NCBI GenBank assembly: GCA_044355195.1
Contig: JBIKYP010000002.1
Location: 911-64,910, forward strand
DNA length: 64,000 nucleotides
From: Crocinitomicaceae bacterium
GTDB taxonomy: Bacteria; Bacteroidota; Bacteroidia; Flavobacteriales_D; Crocinitomicaceae
Reading direction: 5' to 3'
This document shows, one piece after another, positions 1 to 8,744 of this stretch. A program made the translations under genes and the position numbers. The notes below the pieces were generated by a model. It saw nothing but the letters and a program-made list of their open reading frames with translations. It searched no databases and was not told the DNA's origin. The stretch's first letter is position 1, and each line of letters starts with the position of its first letter.

Positions 1-123
1 GAAGAAAGCAAAAAAGTTGCACAACAGGGCGGTAACGTAGCTAAAGTCGCAAGAAAAGAATTAGAGTCTAAAACGGGGACAAAGGTTGTGACCTCCTCAA
101 ATGCGAAAAAACGATTGAAGTAG
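1..123 (+). CDS. 3' end of a DinD-like (DNA-damage-inducible protein D family) gene; 5' part lies outside the window
   Basis: Frame +1 is open from the window edge to TAG at 121-123. The translation EESKKVAQQGGNVAKVARKELESKTGTKVVTSSNAKKRLK resembles, from memory, the conserved C-terminal tail of DinD-type proteins. Only 40 codons are visible. Confidence 0.4.
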   Translation, partial: EESKKVAQQGGNVAKVARKELESKTGTKVVTSSNAKKRLK

Positions 124-315
124 ATCTGTTGGGAGATGCAAAGCGCACTTTTACTTATGATTTTTCCCGCCCCATTTGATGTGCCACCCTGCTGCGGTGA
201 ACAAAACGTTTTATTACCTAATGCATGAACAATCTACCTAGGATTTCGAAGGATAGCACCACGAAGTAGCACCGAATGTAAATCCTTCGAAGCTGTAAGT
301 GCTGAATGACTGCTT

Positions 316-1170
316 TTATACTTCATTCAATTTTTCCAAAATCGTTGGAAGAAATTCATTCAGTTTGGAAAACCCGAACCATTTTCTCCCTAAATCCTTC
401 AGGGAAGCACCAATATGGTATAATTCCTTTCGGTCAAGAATTAGAAATCGGTCGTGGGCCTTTTTCAGCGTTTTAATTTCGATTCTAGGATATTGCTCGT
501 TGTGTTTTGCCAAATCCAATTGAAGTTGAGCGGTTATTTTTTGAGTGTAAAGGATTGCCTCAACGTTCGGCGCACGTTTAATGAGATGAATGAGTACAGA
601 TTCATCGATGTAATTGTCAATAAGAATAATTTCTTTAGTTGCAGAACGAATAATTTTTGAGATCAACTCGTAAGCATCAAAAAGTTGTCCATCGAAAAAT
701 ACACCTTGGGTAGGAAGTTCATTGGTTTTGAGTTGTAAAGAGATTTTACTCACCTCTTTTGAAAGATTCTCAAGATTATTTTCTATACGATCCACACGTT
801 GGTTAATTGCATAGCCTTTGAGTAAGTATTCGCGTAAAATAGTTGTTGCCCAGATTCGGAATTGCGTGCCCTGTTTGGATTTTACACGATAACCAACAGA
901 GATAATTACATCGAGGTTATAAAATTCGACTTTTCGGGTAACTTTCCGTTGACCTTCAACTCGAACCATCAAGGATTCCTTGACAGTTGAAAACCGCTCT
1001 AATTCACCTTCATTAAAACAGTTGTTTATATGTAAGCTAATGTTCTGCTTTGTCTGTCCAAAAAGCATTGCCATTTGTCCTTGATTCAACCATACAGTCT
1101 CATTTTCAAGGCGAACTTCTATGTGTTCAGCTGCCTCATTTGGTAGGTATAATATGATTTCATTCTTCAT
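316..1170 (-). CDS. RhuM-family protein
   Basis: 284-aa ORF. The N-terminal half (VWLNQGQMAMLFGQTKQNISLHINNCF...FYNLDVIISVGYRVKSKQGTQFRIWATTILREYLLKGY) matches the RhuM virulence-protein family pattern. The C-terminal half (IILIDNYIDESVL...HDRFLILD...YHIGASLKDLGRKWFGFSKL) is the tail I recall commonly fused to RhuM/ORF6N-type proteins. Confidence 0.8.
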   Translation of the reverse strand: MKNEIILYLPNEAAEHIEVRLENETVWLNQGQMAMLFGQTKQNISLHINNCFNEGELERFSTVKESLMVRVEGQRKVTRKVEFYNLDVIISVGYRVKSKQGTQFRIWATTILREYLLKGYAINQRVDRIENNLENLSKEVSKISLQLKTNELPTQGVFFDGQLFDAYELISKIIRSATKEIILIDNYIDESVLIHLIKRAPNVEAILYTQKITAQLQLDLAKHNEQYPRIEIKTLKKAHDRFLILDRKELYHIGASLKDLGRKWFGFSKLNEFLPTILEKLNEV

Positions 1171-1230
1171 AGTTTACCTTAAGTTAGTGAAAATTTTCAT
1201 TTGAAAAATGCGAGAGAACAATATAATTCT

Positions 1231-1390
1231 CCGCTTCGCAGGATATGTCATCCTGCGCTAATCTGAATATGCGATTTGCCACGTTTTGGGTTTGAGGGAA
1301 TATATTTGCTGAAAATCTCATTGCTTGTTTTGACTGGGATGTAACTGCGGATTGTAATTGTACCGCAGGATGGCACATCCTGCGGAGCGG
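1231..1390. repeat. MITE-like / REP-like 160-bp element bounded by 29-bp imperfect inverted repeats
   Basis: 1231-1259 (ccgcttcgcaggatatgtcatcctgcgct) matches the reverse complement of 1362-1390 (ccgctccgcaggatgtgccatcctgcggt) at 25 of 29 positions. Each end also contains its own palindrome, CGCAGGAT-N5-ATCCTGCG, at 1237-1257 and 1364-1384. Confidence 0.5.
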
Positions 1391-1423
1391 CTATGACAGA
1401 GCAGGCTGTGTAGGACGTGAATC

Positions 1424-2860
1424 TTAAATCTTCAAATTTCCAATGCTCCCGCTTCGCTCGAGCGCAATCACCATTGCGCACATACCCCAGATCGGAACGG
1501 CGGCTTTATCGGTATCAAGAAAATTGTTGAGGAAGCCATGTACGAAGTAGGTTGTCAGGGAAAGGATGATTGCCATCAGGAGAGTGCGCATTTCCTGGTC
1601 TTCCCTTGGCCACCGATGGTAAAGAGTTATTGTTTTGTAGAATAGCGTTGAAACGACGACCAGTATGAGCAGCATACCCGGCAAACCCATCTCAGCCAGT
1701 GGCCCGAGGTACTCACTATGCACATTTCCCAGATCTCCAAAATTGGTGGAGATGATCGTTAGGTTTTCCGGTCGCTGAAAGCGGGCATATTCAAAGGCAT
1801 AGGTGCCTGGTCCAAAACCGAATAGCGGTCGTTCTTTAAACATGTCGATGGCACAATTCCACCGGTTGATGCGTTCCAGGTTGGAGGCATCGGTTGATAC
1901 GTTGGTTGCAGATTGCAGACGTTCACCGAATTCTTCTGTCGTGTGCTCGTATTTATTGCGCTCAAGTTCCATCTGAAAGGCATTCCAAGAAAAGAAAAGG
2001 ATCGTTCCAAAAACCAATGCTAAGGGGGCAATGAGCGTCATCTTTACCTTGAATTTGACCAGTCCCCATACTCCAATTGCTACAAGTATACTTATCCATG
2101 CTGCGCGCGTGTAGGAGAAATAGAGTGCCAAAAGACTGATAAGAATGAATCCTATTGCGACGGTCTGAATTAAGGGCGGGTGTTTTTTTGCAAAAAAGAC
2201 ACCGAACAACAAGGGAATCACCAAGGCAACGATTGCGCCGTAAATGGTGTGGTCCTTGAAAAATGGCCACATCACCCAATGACTTTCCCTTTCACCAAAG
2301 CGGTAACCGGCATGCATCACCAGAGTGTAGGTCATGGCGATGACCATTCCGGCGCCAAACAACCAAATGAATGCGTGAATGTTTACCTTTTTCCTGAAAA
2401 CATATGGGCCAAGCAGGAATATGGGTATCACGAACCACATTCGCGACAGTACGAATTTAATCGATACGACCGGATGTGAACTGGTGATGGTGGTAATCAG
2501 CGCCCAGGTTAGGAAAGCCATAACACTCATTACAATAGGATGTTTCCATACAAATGGAGGGATAATTCCCTTTCGGAGTTGCATTACAAGTACGAGTAAC
2601 GTGAGTATCAGTAGTATGGGCTCTGTGGGCACAAACAAGCCCAGACTTTGCGTCCATTCCTCAATGTTAATGGATAGTGGGGTAAAAAATGCTAATGCCA
2701 GAAAAGTCCTTTCTGTTTCGTAGATTGCAAAATAAAACGCCATCAATCCTAAGGGGAACAAACACAAGTAGGCCTGATCACGCCAGATCAACCATATCGA
2801 AATAAATAGGTAGAAAACAGCCGCAGAAAGGGTAAAGCGGTATGTTCGGAAGAAGGCCAT
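1424..2860 (-). CDS. O-antigen ligase/polymerase family (Wzy_C-type) integral membrane protein
   Basis: 478-aa polytopic membrane ORF. It has the YTRAAWISILVAIG segment and the later NVHSEYLGPLAEMGLPG segment typical of O-antigen ligase-like proteins. It abuts the Wzz-like gene. Confidence 0.75.
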   Translation of the reverse strand: MAFFRTYRFTLSAAVFYLFISIWLIWRDQAYLCLFPLGLMAFYFAIYETERTFLALAFFTPLSINIEEWTQSLGLFVPTEPILLILTLLVLVMQLRKGIIPPFVWKHPIVMSVMAFLTWALITTITSSHPVVSIKFVLSRMWFVIPIFLLGPYVFRKKVNIHAFIWLFGAGMVIAMTYTLVMHAGYRFGERESHWVMWPFFKDHTIYGAIVALVIPLLFGVFFAKKHPPLIQTVAIGFILISLLALYFSYTRAAWISILVAIGVWGLVKFKVKMTLIAPLALVFGTILFFSWNAFQMELERNKYEHTTEEFGERLQSATNVSTDASNLERINRWNCAIDMFKERPLFGFGPGTYAFEYARFQRPENLTIISTNFGDLGNVHSEYLGPLAEMGLPGMLLILVVVSTLFYKTITLYHRWPREDQEMRTLLMAIILSLTTYFVHGFLNNFLDTDKAAVPIWGMCAMVIALERSGSIGNLKI

Positions 2861-3853
2861 TTACGAGATCTTTTTTAGATCGTTTAAACGGTCTTTGATC
2901 AGTAACGTAAAGAGTCCGAAGACAAAGGCGCCTATCGTTGATATTAAGATGATGATTAATCTTTTGGGCTTGTCTTTTTTATCTGCTACAACTGCTTTTT
3001 CTACCACGAATTTATGATTGAAAACAGCATTGGCATCAGATTCAGCTTGCTCGTAGGATACTTTGAATGATTCGAGTTGCGTAATTTTTTCTTTCAGCGA
3101 AAAATCCAGAGCATCAAAGGTCGATCCGTACTTGATGTTTACATCAATTATACGTTTGATTTCGGCTTTTTCGTCTCCCCGGGCGTTTACATAAGCCTGA
3201 AATAATTCTGTGCGTCCGTCGGGCGAAATTACTCCAATAGCACTTAATGTATCCATTCGATGCACCAAATCATCGCGTTCTTTTTCGAGTTGTTCCTTTT
3301 TCCGCTTATTGATTTCAAATGCAGGCCACGTCCTTTCGGCTACCATTTGATTCTTAGCGGTGTCGATGAGGTCTACGATCTTATTTGCCATATCTGCCGC
3401 CAGTTGTGGATCACGGTCAAGCACGTCAATCTGAATGGAACCATATCGTGTGCGCACAAACAGGAAATTCTCGTTGTACATTTTGACCAGCTTATAATAC
3501 TTGTTATGATCCTCAGAATCGATGTAGTAATGCTTCATCAGATTGAATTCTTGTACAATTTTATTCCGGATGCGAGAGGAAGAAAGAATCTGAACCAGCT
3601 GTTCAGCTTGCTCTTCTTCCCCAAAGTCCATGGCTGCTGCTTTTGCATTGCGTTGTTCAGAAAAGGATACGGTGCTTGTTGCAGCAGGAAACACGATCGC
3701 TGTAGATCGGTAAATGGGGGTCATCAGGAGTGAAACGATCAGGGCAAGTATGGCTGCCGTACCAGAGATTATCATCAGGACCTTTCTTCTTTTCCAAATG
3801 TAAATGAGCAGGTTTTGTCTTTCTTTTTCCAGTGCTGTATTTTCTGAGATCAT
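2861..3853 (-). CDS. Polysaccharide chain-length determinant (Wzz-like) protein
   Basis: 330 aa. It has an N-terminal TM helix followed by TPIYRSTAIVFP (Wzz N-terminal pattern), a long coiled-coil periplasmic region and a C-terminal TM helix. Confidence 0.7.
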   Translation of the reverse strand: MISENTALEKERQNLLIYIWKRRKVLMIISGTAAILALIVSLLMTPIYRSTAIVFPAATSTVSFSEQRNAKAAAMDFGEEEQAEQLVQILSSSRIRNKIVQEFNLMKHYYIDSEDHNKYYKLVKMYNENFLFVRTRYGSIQIDVLDRDPQLAADMANKIVDLIDTAKNQMVAERTWPAFEINKRKKEQLEKERDDLVHRMDTLSAIGVISPDGRTELFQAYVNARGDEKAEIKRIIDVNIKYGSTFDALDFSLKEKITQLESFKVSYEQAESDANAVFNHKFVVEKAVVADKKDKPKRLIIILISTIGAFVFGLFTLLIKDRLNDLKKIS

Positions 3854-3962
3854 TGTTCTTTTTTAGTAGCGTGAAAATAAGCAAAATTCAGCGGAAGCTT
3901 TTGCTCATACGTTGCAGTAATAACTCCTCAGAGAGCAATTTATTTTTTGGCAGATGACTTTT

Positions 3963-5396
3963 TTAAGAATTTTCTTTGAAGGTACGGACAATGGCAGTGA
4001 GGTCGATGAGTTTAAACAGGAAGAGTCCGATCATTCCGCCGATTAGCATGACAAGCATAGAGGTAAGAGAAGGGGCCGGCACGGTATGCAAGAGTAGCAT
4101 CCATACACTGAAAAGAAAATAACTGTGAATCCCGAGTTTCGTCCAAGAATAATCGAAGCGTTTTATGCAGATAATAAGTTGCACTACTGCCATTATTCCC
4201 TGAGTGATAAGGCAAGTTAAGGCTGCGCCATTCGCACCCCATTTAGGTATGAGCAGGAGGTTTAGCAAAACATTGAGTATAACCCCAAAGACTGAGAAAA
4301 AATTGAGCAGTTTCAGTTCTCCTCCGGCAGTAAGCAAGCTGCCAAAGATGAGGCTGGTCGACATTCCTATGAATCCCCACATGATTAACCGGAAAGGTCG
4401 GGCGGCCTCTTTTAATTCGCTGAGATAGACCCATCCCAGGATTCTTTCGGCATGAAAATGGCATAGGAAAGCGATCAGAATGGAGCCACCTATAAGTAAC
4501 CGGGAGGACATTTTTAAAAGTGGAAGAACTTTAACTATATCTTCTTTTAATGAACGTGCAAAAAGTGGCAATAACAAGTTTGCGAAGATCATTCCGAACA
4601 TGTAAAGTGCATCAAGTAAGCGAAAACCTTTGGCATAAATTCCGGCCTCATAGGCTCCCTTTGGATGTAAGCGTTCGAGAAGAACGGAATCACTTCTTGT
4701 GTAGAGCATCATCAGTAATATGAGTGTGGCAAAGGGTAAGCTTTGTCGAAGGATGGAATATGAAACTGCTCGTTTGAATCGCAGGCGGGGAACTCCAATT
4801 TCCCTAATCAACAGCATAAAAGCAATGATTAACGTAATGGCATAGGAGATAGTTTGAAGCCAAATGAACCATTCGATTTGAAAAATCCCCAATGAGGACT
4901 CCATAAAAAAGGCAATTCCACAAAGTAGGATGAGCAGTGAACGGTCAAGAACCGAAACAATAGCATCAGTCTTAAAAAGGTGCAAGCCTCCAAAGTGACT
5001 GCGAAAATATGCGATAAGTGTGGCAAGTAATTGATTTAAGATGAGGACAGAAAGAAAATATAAAGCCTCCCCACGGTATCCTGCAAAGAAACCTGTTGTC
5101 ATTGTGAGGGCGGTATACAATAAAAACAACAGGAGACGAAAACCTAAGATTTGGCCAAAGTATTTGGGCATAACTAAGGGATAACGAGCGATATTTCGGG
5201 TGGTGAAATTGTTGATACCCAAATCACCAACAATGTTAAAAATAAAGGAGAGGTTTAGCAGGGAAAAATAAAGTCCGTATGTTTCTGTTCCGACCCGGTT
5301 TTGAACTCCTGCATCAATACCAAAGATAGCCAGTGGTTTAACAAGAAGGTTCAGAAGAACAATTAGAATGAGGTTGGAAATGAACTTTTTCTGCAT
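3963..5396 (-). CDS. Polysaccharide biosynthesis protein / Wzx-like flippase (MOP superfamily)
   Basis: 477-aa ORF with about 12-14 predicted TM helices and an MQKKFISNLILIVLLNLLVKP start typical of Wzx-type transporters. It lies among polysaccharide genes. Confidence 0.7.
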   Translation of the reverse strand: MQKKFISNLILIVLLNLLVKPLAIFGIDAGVQNRVGTETYGLYFSLLNLSFIFNIVGDLGINNFTTRNIARYPLVMPKYFGQILGFRLLLFLLYTALTMTTGFFAGYRGEALYFLSVLILNQLLATLIAYFRSHFGGLHLFKTDAIVSVLDRSLLILLCGIAFFMESSLGIFQIEWFIWLQTISYAITLIIAFMLLIREIGVPRLRFKRAVSYSILRQSLPFATLILLMMLYTRSDSVLLERLHPKGAYEAGIYAKGFRLLDALYMFGMIFANLLLPLFARSLKEDIVKVLPLLKMSSRLLIGGSILIAFLCHFHAERILGWVYLSELKEAARPFRLIMWGFIGMSTSLIFGSLLTAGGELKLLNFFSVFGVILNVLLNLLLIPKWGANGAALTCLITQGIMAVVQLIICIKRFDYSWTKLGIHSYFLFSVWMLLLHTVPAPSLTSMLVMLIGGMIGLFLFKLIDLTAIVRTFKENS

Positions 5397-5420
5397 ATCC
5401 TATAGTGGCTTTGAGCCTGT

Positions 5421-6149
5421 TCAGTTCGAAATAAAGATGAAATTCTGATGTTGATGTTTTTCTTTCAAGAAAGGGGTTAATTTCCCGTTTTCGATTACAA
5501 ATGTGCGGTAATTTAATCCTGAAAGCAGCCCCATACATTGCGTTCTATTTTCGTTATCCCATAATTCCGCATAGATTAATGGTTTATTCTTTTCAAGAAT
5601 GCGTTTCCCACCTTTTAAGGCAAAATATTCGAAATTTTCTATATCAATCTTGATTCCCTGAATTGGTTCACCATTGAGGATGTTATCCAATGTGTTGAGT
5701 TGAACGGCATACTCTTCTCCAACTGTCGTTTGTGAAATGCTCTCATGTTTTACATGACTGAGTCCTTGCATGAGCGTTTTTCCATTTTTTGGAAGAACCA
5801 TCTTCACCTCTCCTTGATGATCACCTAGAGCTGTTTCATAAATTCTAACCCCCGAAATGCCATATTGTCTGGTGATTTTTCGAAGCACAGAAAGGTTATC
5901 TGGAATGGGTTCAAAAGCATGAATAACAGAATTGGGGACTTTTTTAGCTAAATGCACAGTCATGATCCCGATGTTGGCACCAATGTCCAAAACAGCGCCT
6001 TTGCCATCTTCAAGTAGAGATAAGAAATGAAAAAAATCCTTTTCCTTAGCATCCGCTTTGAGGGTGCGGATTTTAAAAAGCGCAAATACATAGAGGTAGG
6101 TCTTAAAACCCAGTAAACGTTGTAAAAGATATTTGATCCGGTTCTTCAC
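5421..6149 (-). CDS. FkbM-family SAM-dependent methyltransferase
   Basis: 242 aa with VLDIGANIGIMT...FEPIPDN...IKIDIENFEYFALKGG, which matches the Methyltransf_21/FkbM pattern. Confidence 0.8.
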   Translation of the reverse strand: MKNRIKYLLQRLLGFKTYLYVFALFKIRTLKADAKEKDFFHFLSLLEDGKGAVLDIGANIGIMTVHLAKKVPNSVIHAFEPIPDNLSVLRKITRQYGISGVRIYETALGDHQGEVKMVLPKNGKTLMQGLSHVKHESISQTTVGEEYAVQLNTLDNILNGEPIQGIKIDIENFEYFALKGGKRILEKNKPLIYAELWDNENRTQCMGLLSGLNYRTFVIENGKLTPFLKEKHQHQNFIFISN

Positions 6150-6274
6150 CCTTCATATTAACGTGGTAAAGGTAGAAAAAGTATAGTCGTGCCGAAAATC
6201 AGAATGAGAAACAGAATACGAGTTGTCCGTAAATGAATCTGTTACTAATGCTTAGTTCTTCGTTCTAAGCATTA

Positions 6275-6967
6275 TCATTTCTTTATCAGCAGTTTAAACC
6301 CTTTTCCGTGCACATTCATGATGTCTATCGAGGAATCCTCCTTCAATAGTTTTCGCAGTTTGGCAATATACACATCCATGCTTCGTCCATTGAAATAGTT
6401 ATCGTCACCCCAAATAGCCCGAAGTGTGGCTTGGCGATCTAGAATTTCATTCTCATTTTTAACAAGCAGATGTAAAAGTTGATTTTCTTTGGTCGTAAGT
6501 TTCTTTTCTTCATCTTTTAAATAAAGGATGCGTAATTCAGGATTGAATCGAATCGTGCCGAGTTGATACTCTTCCTCTATTTTGGACTTGGTGTTTTCAG
6601 TTCTTCTCAATATGGCATGGATGCGAGCTAATAGTTCTTCCATTGAAAAAGGCTTTGTTAGATAATCGTCGGCACCTATTTCGAAGCCATGAAGTTTGTC
6701 TTCCTTCATCGATTTTGCCGTTAAAAAGAGAATGGGTGTTTTTTTATCTGTTTCTCTGATTTCTCTGGCTAGTGTGAACCCATCCATTTCCGGCATCATT
6801 ACGTCAAGAATACAGAAATCAAAGTCTTTCTTATTGAACAGTTCAAAGGCAGCTTTACCATTTCTGGCCAAGAGGGTTTCAAACCCTTTGTTTTTTAAAA
6901 AAGTATGTAATAACGTACCGAGGTTTTCATCGTCCTCCGCTAAAAGGATTCGAGTCGTTGTTTCCAT
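6275..6967 (-). CDS. OmpR-family two-component response regulator (RprY-like)
   Basis: 230 aa. Receiver domain (ILLAEDDENLG...DVMMPEMDGF...LTAK) plus a winged-helix output domain (LTTKENQLLHLLV...VYIAKLRKLL). Confidence 0.9.
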   Translation of the reverse strand: METTTRILLAEDDENLGTLLHTFLKNKGFETLLARNGKAAFELFNKKDFDFCILDVMMPEMDGFTLAREIRETDKKTPILFLTAKSMKEDKLHGFEIGADDYLTKPFSMEELLARIHAILRRTENTKSKIEEEYQLGTIRFNPELRILYLKDEEKKLTTKENQLLHLLVKNENEILDRQATLRAIWGDDNYFNGRSMDVYIAKLRKLLKEDSSIDIMNVHGKGFKLLIKK

Positions 6968-6969
6968 CT

Positions 6970-8586
6970 CTATTCTTTTATGACTAGGGTGAATTCGCTT
7001 CCTTCACCAAATTTACTTTTCACATTTACAGTCCATCCTTCCATTTCGGAAATGGCTTTTACATAGCTTAATCCAAGGCCGAACCCTTTCACATTGTGAA
7101 GGTTTCCCGTTGGAATACGGTACAGTTTATCAAAGATTTTGTCGATGTATTCTTTATTTATTCCAATTCCATGATCTTTAACGCTTAGATAGATCTTCTT
7201 ATTTTCTCTTCGCAGCGAAATTTCAATAATAGGTGCTTTATCGCTATATTTTATGGCATTATCCACGAGGTTGGAAATGACATTTGTCAAGTGAAGTTTG
7301 TCCGAAAGTATTTCAACTGTTTCTGCAGGAAGGTCCAATGTGAGTTTGCCTCCGAGGGATTGAATTCTGAAACTTGCAGTTTTTGCAATTTCCAGTAGCA
7401 CCTCATTAAGAGTAATCGGTTCTTTTTGTAAATTGAGTTCACCACGGTCGATCACGGCACTCTGAAGAATGCGTTCTACCAAAGTTGAGAGACGCTTGTT
7501 TTCTTCTTGAATCATTCGAACGTAAGGTGCCGTCTCAGGGTTGTCTGATGCGACCATGTCATGATCTCCCAATGCTTCACAGGCAAGTGATATCGTCGAT
7601 ATGGGTGTTTTAAATTCATGCGTCATATTAGAAATGAAATCATTCTTTATTTCAGAAATCTTTTCTTGCGCCTTAATTGTTTTAAACATAAAAATGAGCG
7701 CTGCCACAATTAGTATGATCAATGTTAGACTGACACTAAAAGAACCCCACATTTCCTTTAACAGAAACATCCTTTGTTGTGGGAAGTAAATGTGCAAATA
7801 GAAATCTTCGTCTAAGATATTACTTGGAAACAAAGTTGTTTTTCCGGTTAATAGGGTATCGAGGGAACTATCATAGGTAGAGGGGGGGTGAGTAAACTGA
7901 ACCGGAATACCCAGGTCATTAGCGACCATGAAACGGTAGGTTTTGGGCAGGTCGTCATTGGCTAGTTCTGTTCGGACAACGGAATCAAGGAAGGTGATGT
8001 CTATGCGCTTTTCAGGTTCAATATAGATGTTATTGCGAAATGTTTCGATCATTAACTCATTGATAAATCGCGCTTTTTTAAAGATTTGTTGCATTACTCT
8101 TTGATCCAGTTGTATCGATAATCTAATGGAATCATTGTGTGGAATCTTTTTTTTTTGTTTATCAAATAGGTCGCGTAATTGCCGAACATCACGCGCAAGT
8201 ACTTTCTGTTCGGTGGAAAGTCCGGTTATAGAGTCACAGGAGCTGCCTTTAATGATGAGGTAGTGGTGACTTTCTCCTAATTCATAAAGAATGGTGTCTT
8301 TAACAGAAATAGATTCTTTAGCAGAAACTAAATCCTTAAATTCTTCTTTTAAAATGTTCTTGTACTGTCCACTGAAATCGCGATTAACAATGTGTAAATA
8401 GCGACGTATGTCCTCTGCTTTTTCATGTCGAATGGCAATTCGTTCAAGGGACGTAGCTAAATTGGTTTCAAGCTGCGTGGATTTTCGATCATACAACTGA
8501 AGTGTCTGAAAGGCCTGAATAATCAGTAGCGCCAATAAGGCAATAATGACAAGGATTAATATAAAATTGACTCTGATTTTTTTCAA
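6970..8586 (-). CDS. Sensor histidine kinase
   Basis: 538 aa. It has an N-terminal TM helix, a second TM helix around residue 290, an H-box (FISNMTHEFKTPIS), an N-box (NLVDNAIKYS) and a G-box (GFGLGLSYV). It sits 2 bp upstream of the response regulator. Confidence 0.9.
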   Translation of the reverse strand: MKKIRVNFILILVIIALLALLIIQAFQTLQLYDRKSTQLETNLATSLERIAIRHEKAEDIRRYLHIVNRDFSGQYKNILKEEFKDLVSAKESISVKDTILYELGESHHYLIIKGSSCDSITGLSTEQKVLARDVRQLRDLFDKQKKKIPHNDSIRLSIQLDQRVMQQIFKKARFINELMIETFRNNIYIEPEKRIDITFLDSVVRTELANDDLPKTYRFMVANDLGIPVQFTHPPSTYDSSLDTLLTGKTTLFPSNILDEDFYLHIYFPQQRMFLLKEMWGSFSVSLTLIILIVAALIFMFKTIKAQEKISEIKNDFISNMTHEFKTPISTISLACEALGDHDMVASDNPETAPYVRMIQEENKRLSTLVERILQSAVIDRGELNLQKEPITLNEVLLEIAKTASFRIQSLGGKLTLDLPAETVEILSDKLHLTNVISNLVDNAIKYSDKAPIIEISLRRENKKIYLSVKDHGIGINKEYIDKIFDKLYRIPTGNLHNVKGFGLGLSYVKAISEMEGWTVNVKSKFGEGSEFTLVIKE

Positions 8587-8744
8587 GGACTATTTTTTTC
8601 TAAAATTAGTGAGTGTCCATGCGGTAAGCAGACAGCTTAACGTTTTTTAACTCAATGTGTAAAACAGGGTATAGTTACCTACGGCGAAACAACTTTACAT
8701 TCGAAACACGCTTTTTGTCTTTTGAACGTTGTACATTCGTAAGA

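Noticed and set aside
1184-1481. 64-aa and 77-aa minus-strand ORFs between the RhuM and ligase-family genes
   Set aside because: They run across the palindromic MITE-like element and into the ligase-family gene's 3' end. Their composition is Cys/Ser/Arg-rich and non-protein-like.
8655-8744. Upstream extension of the large outer-membrane protein ORF, and similar extensions at 46150-46284, 50847-50981 and 18627-18674
   Set aside because: In each case an internal ATG gives a canonical signal peptide or a conserved N-terminus. The extension overlaps a neighbouring gene or a divergent promoter.
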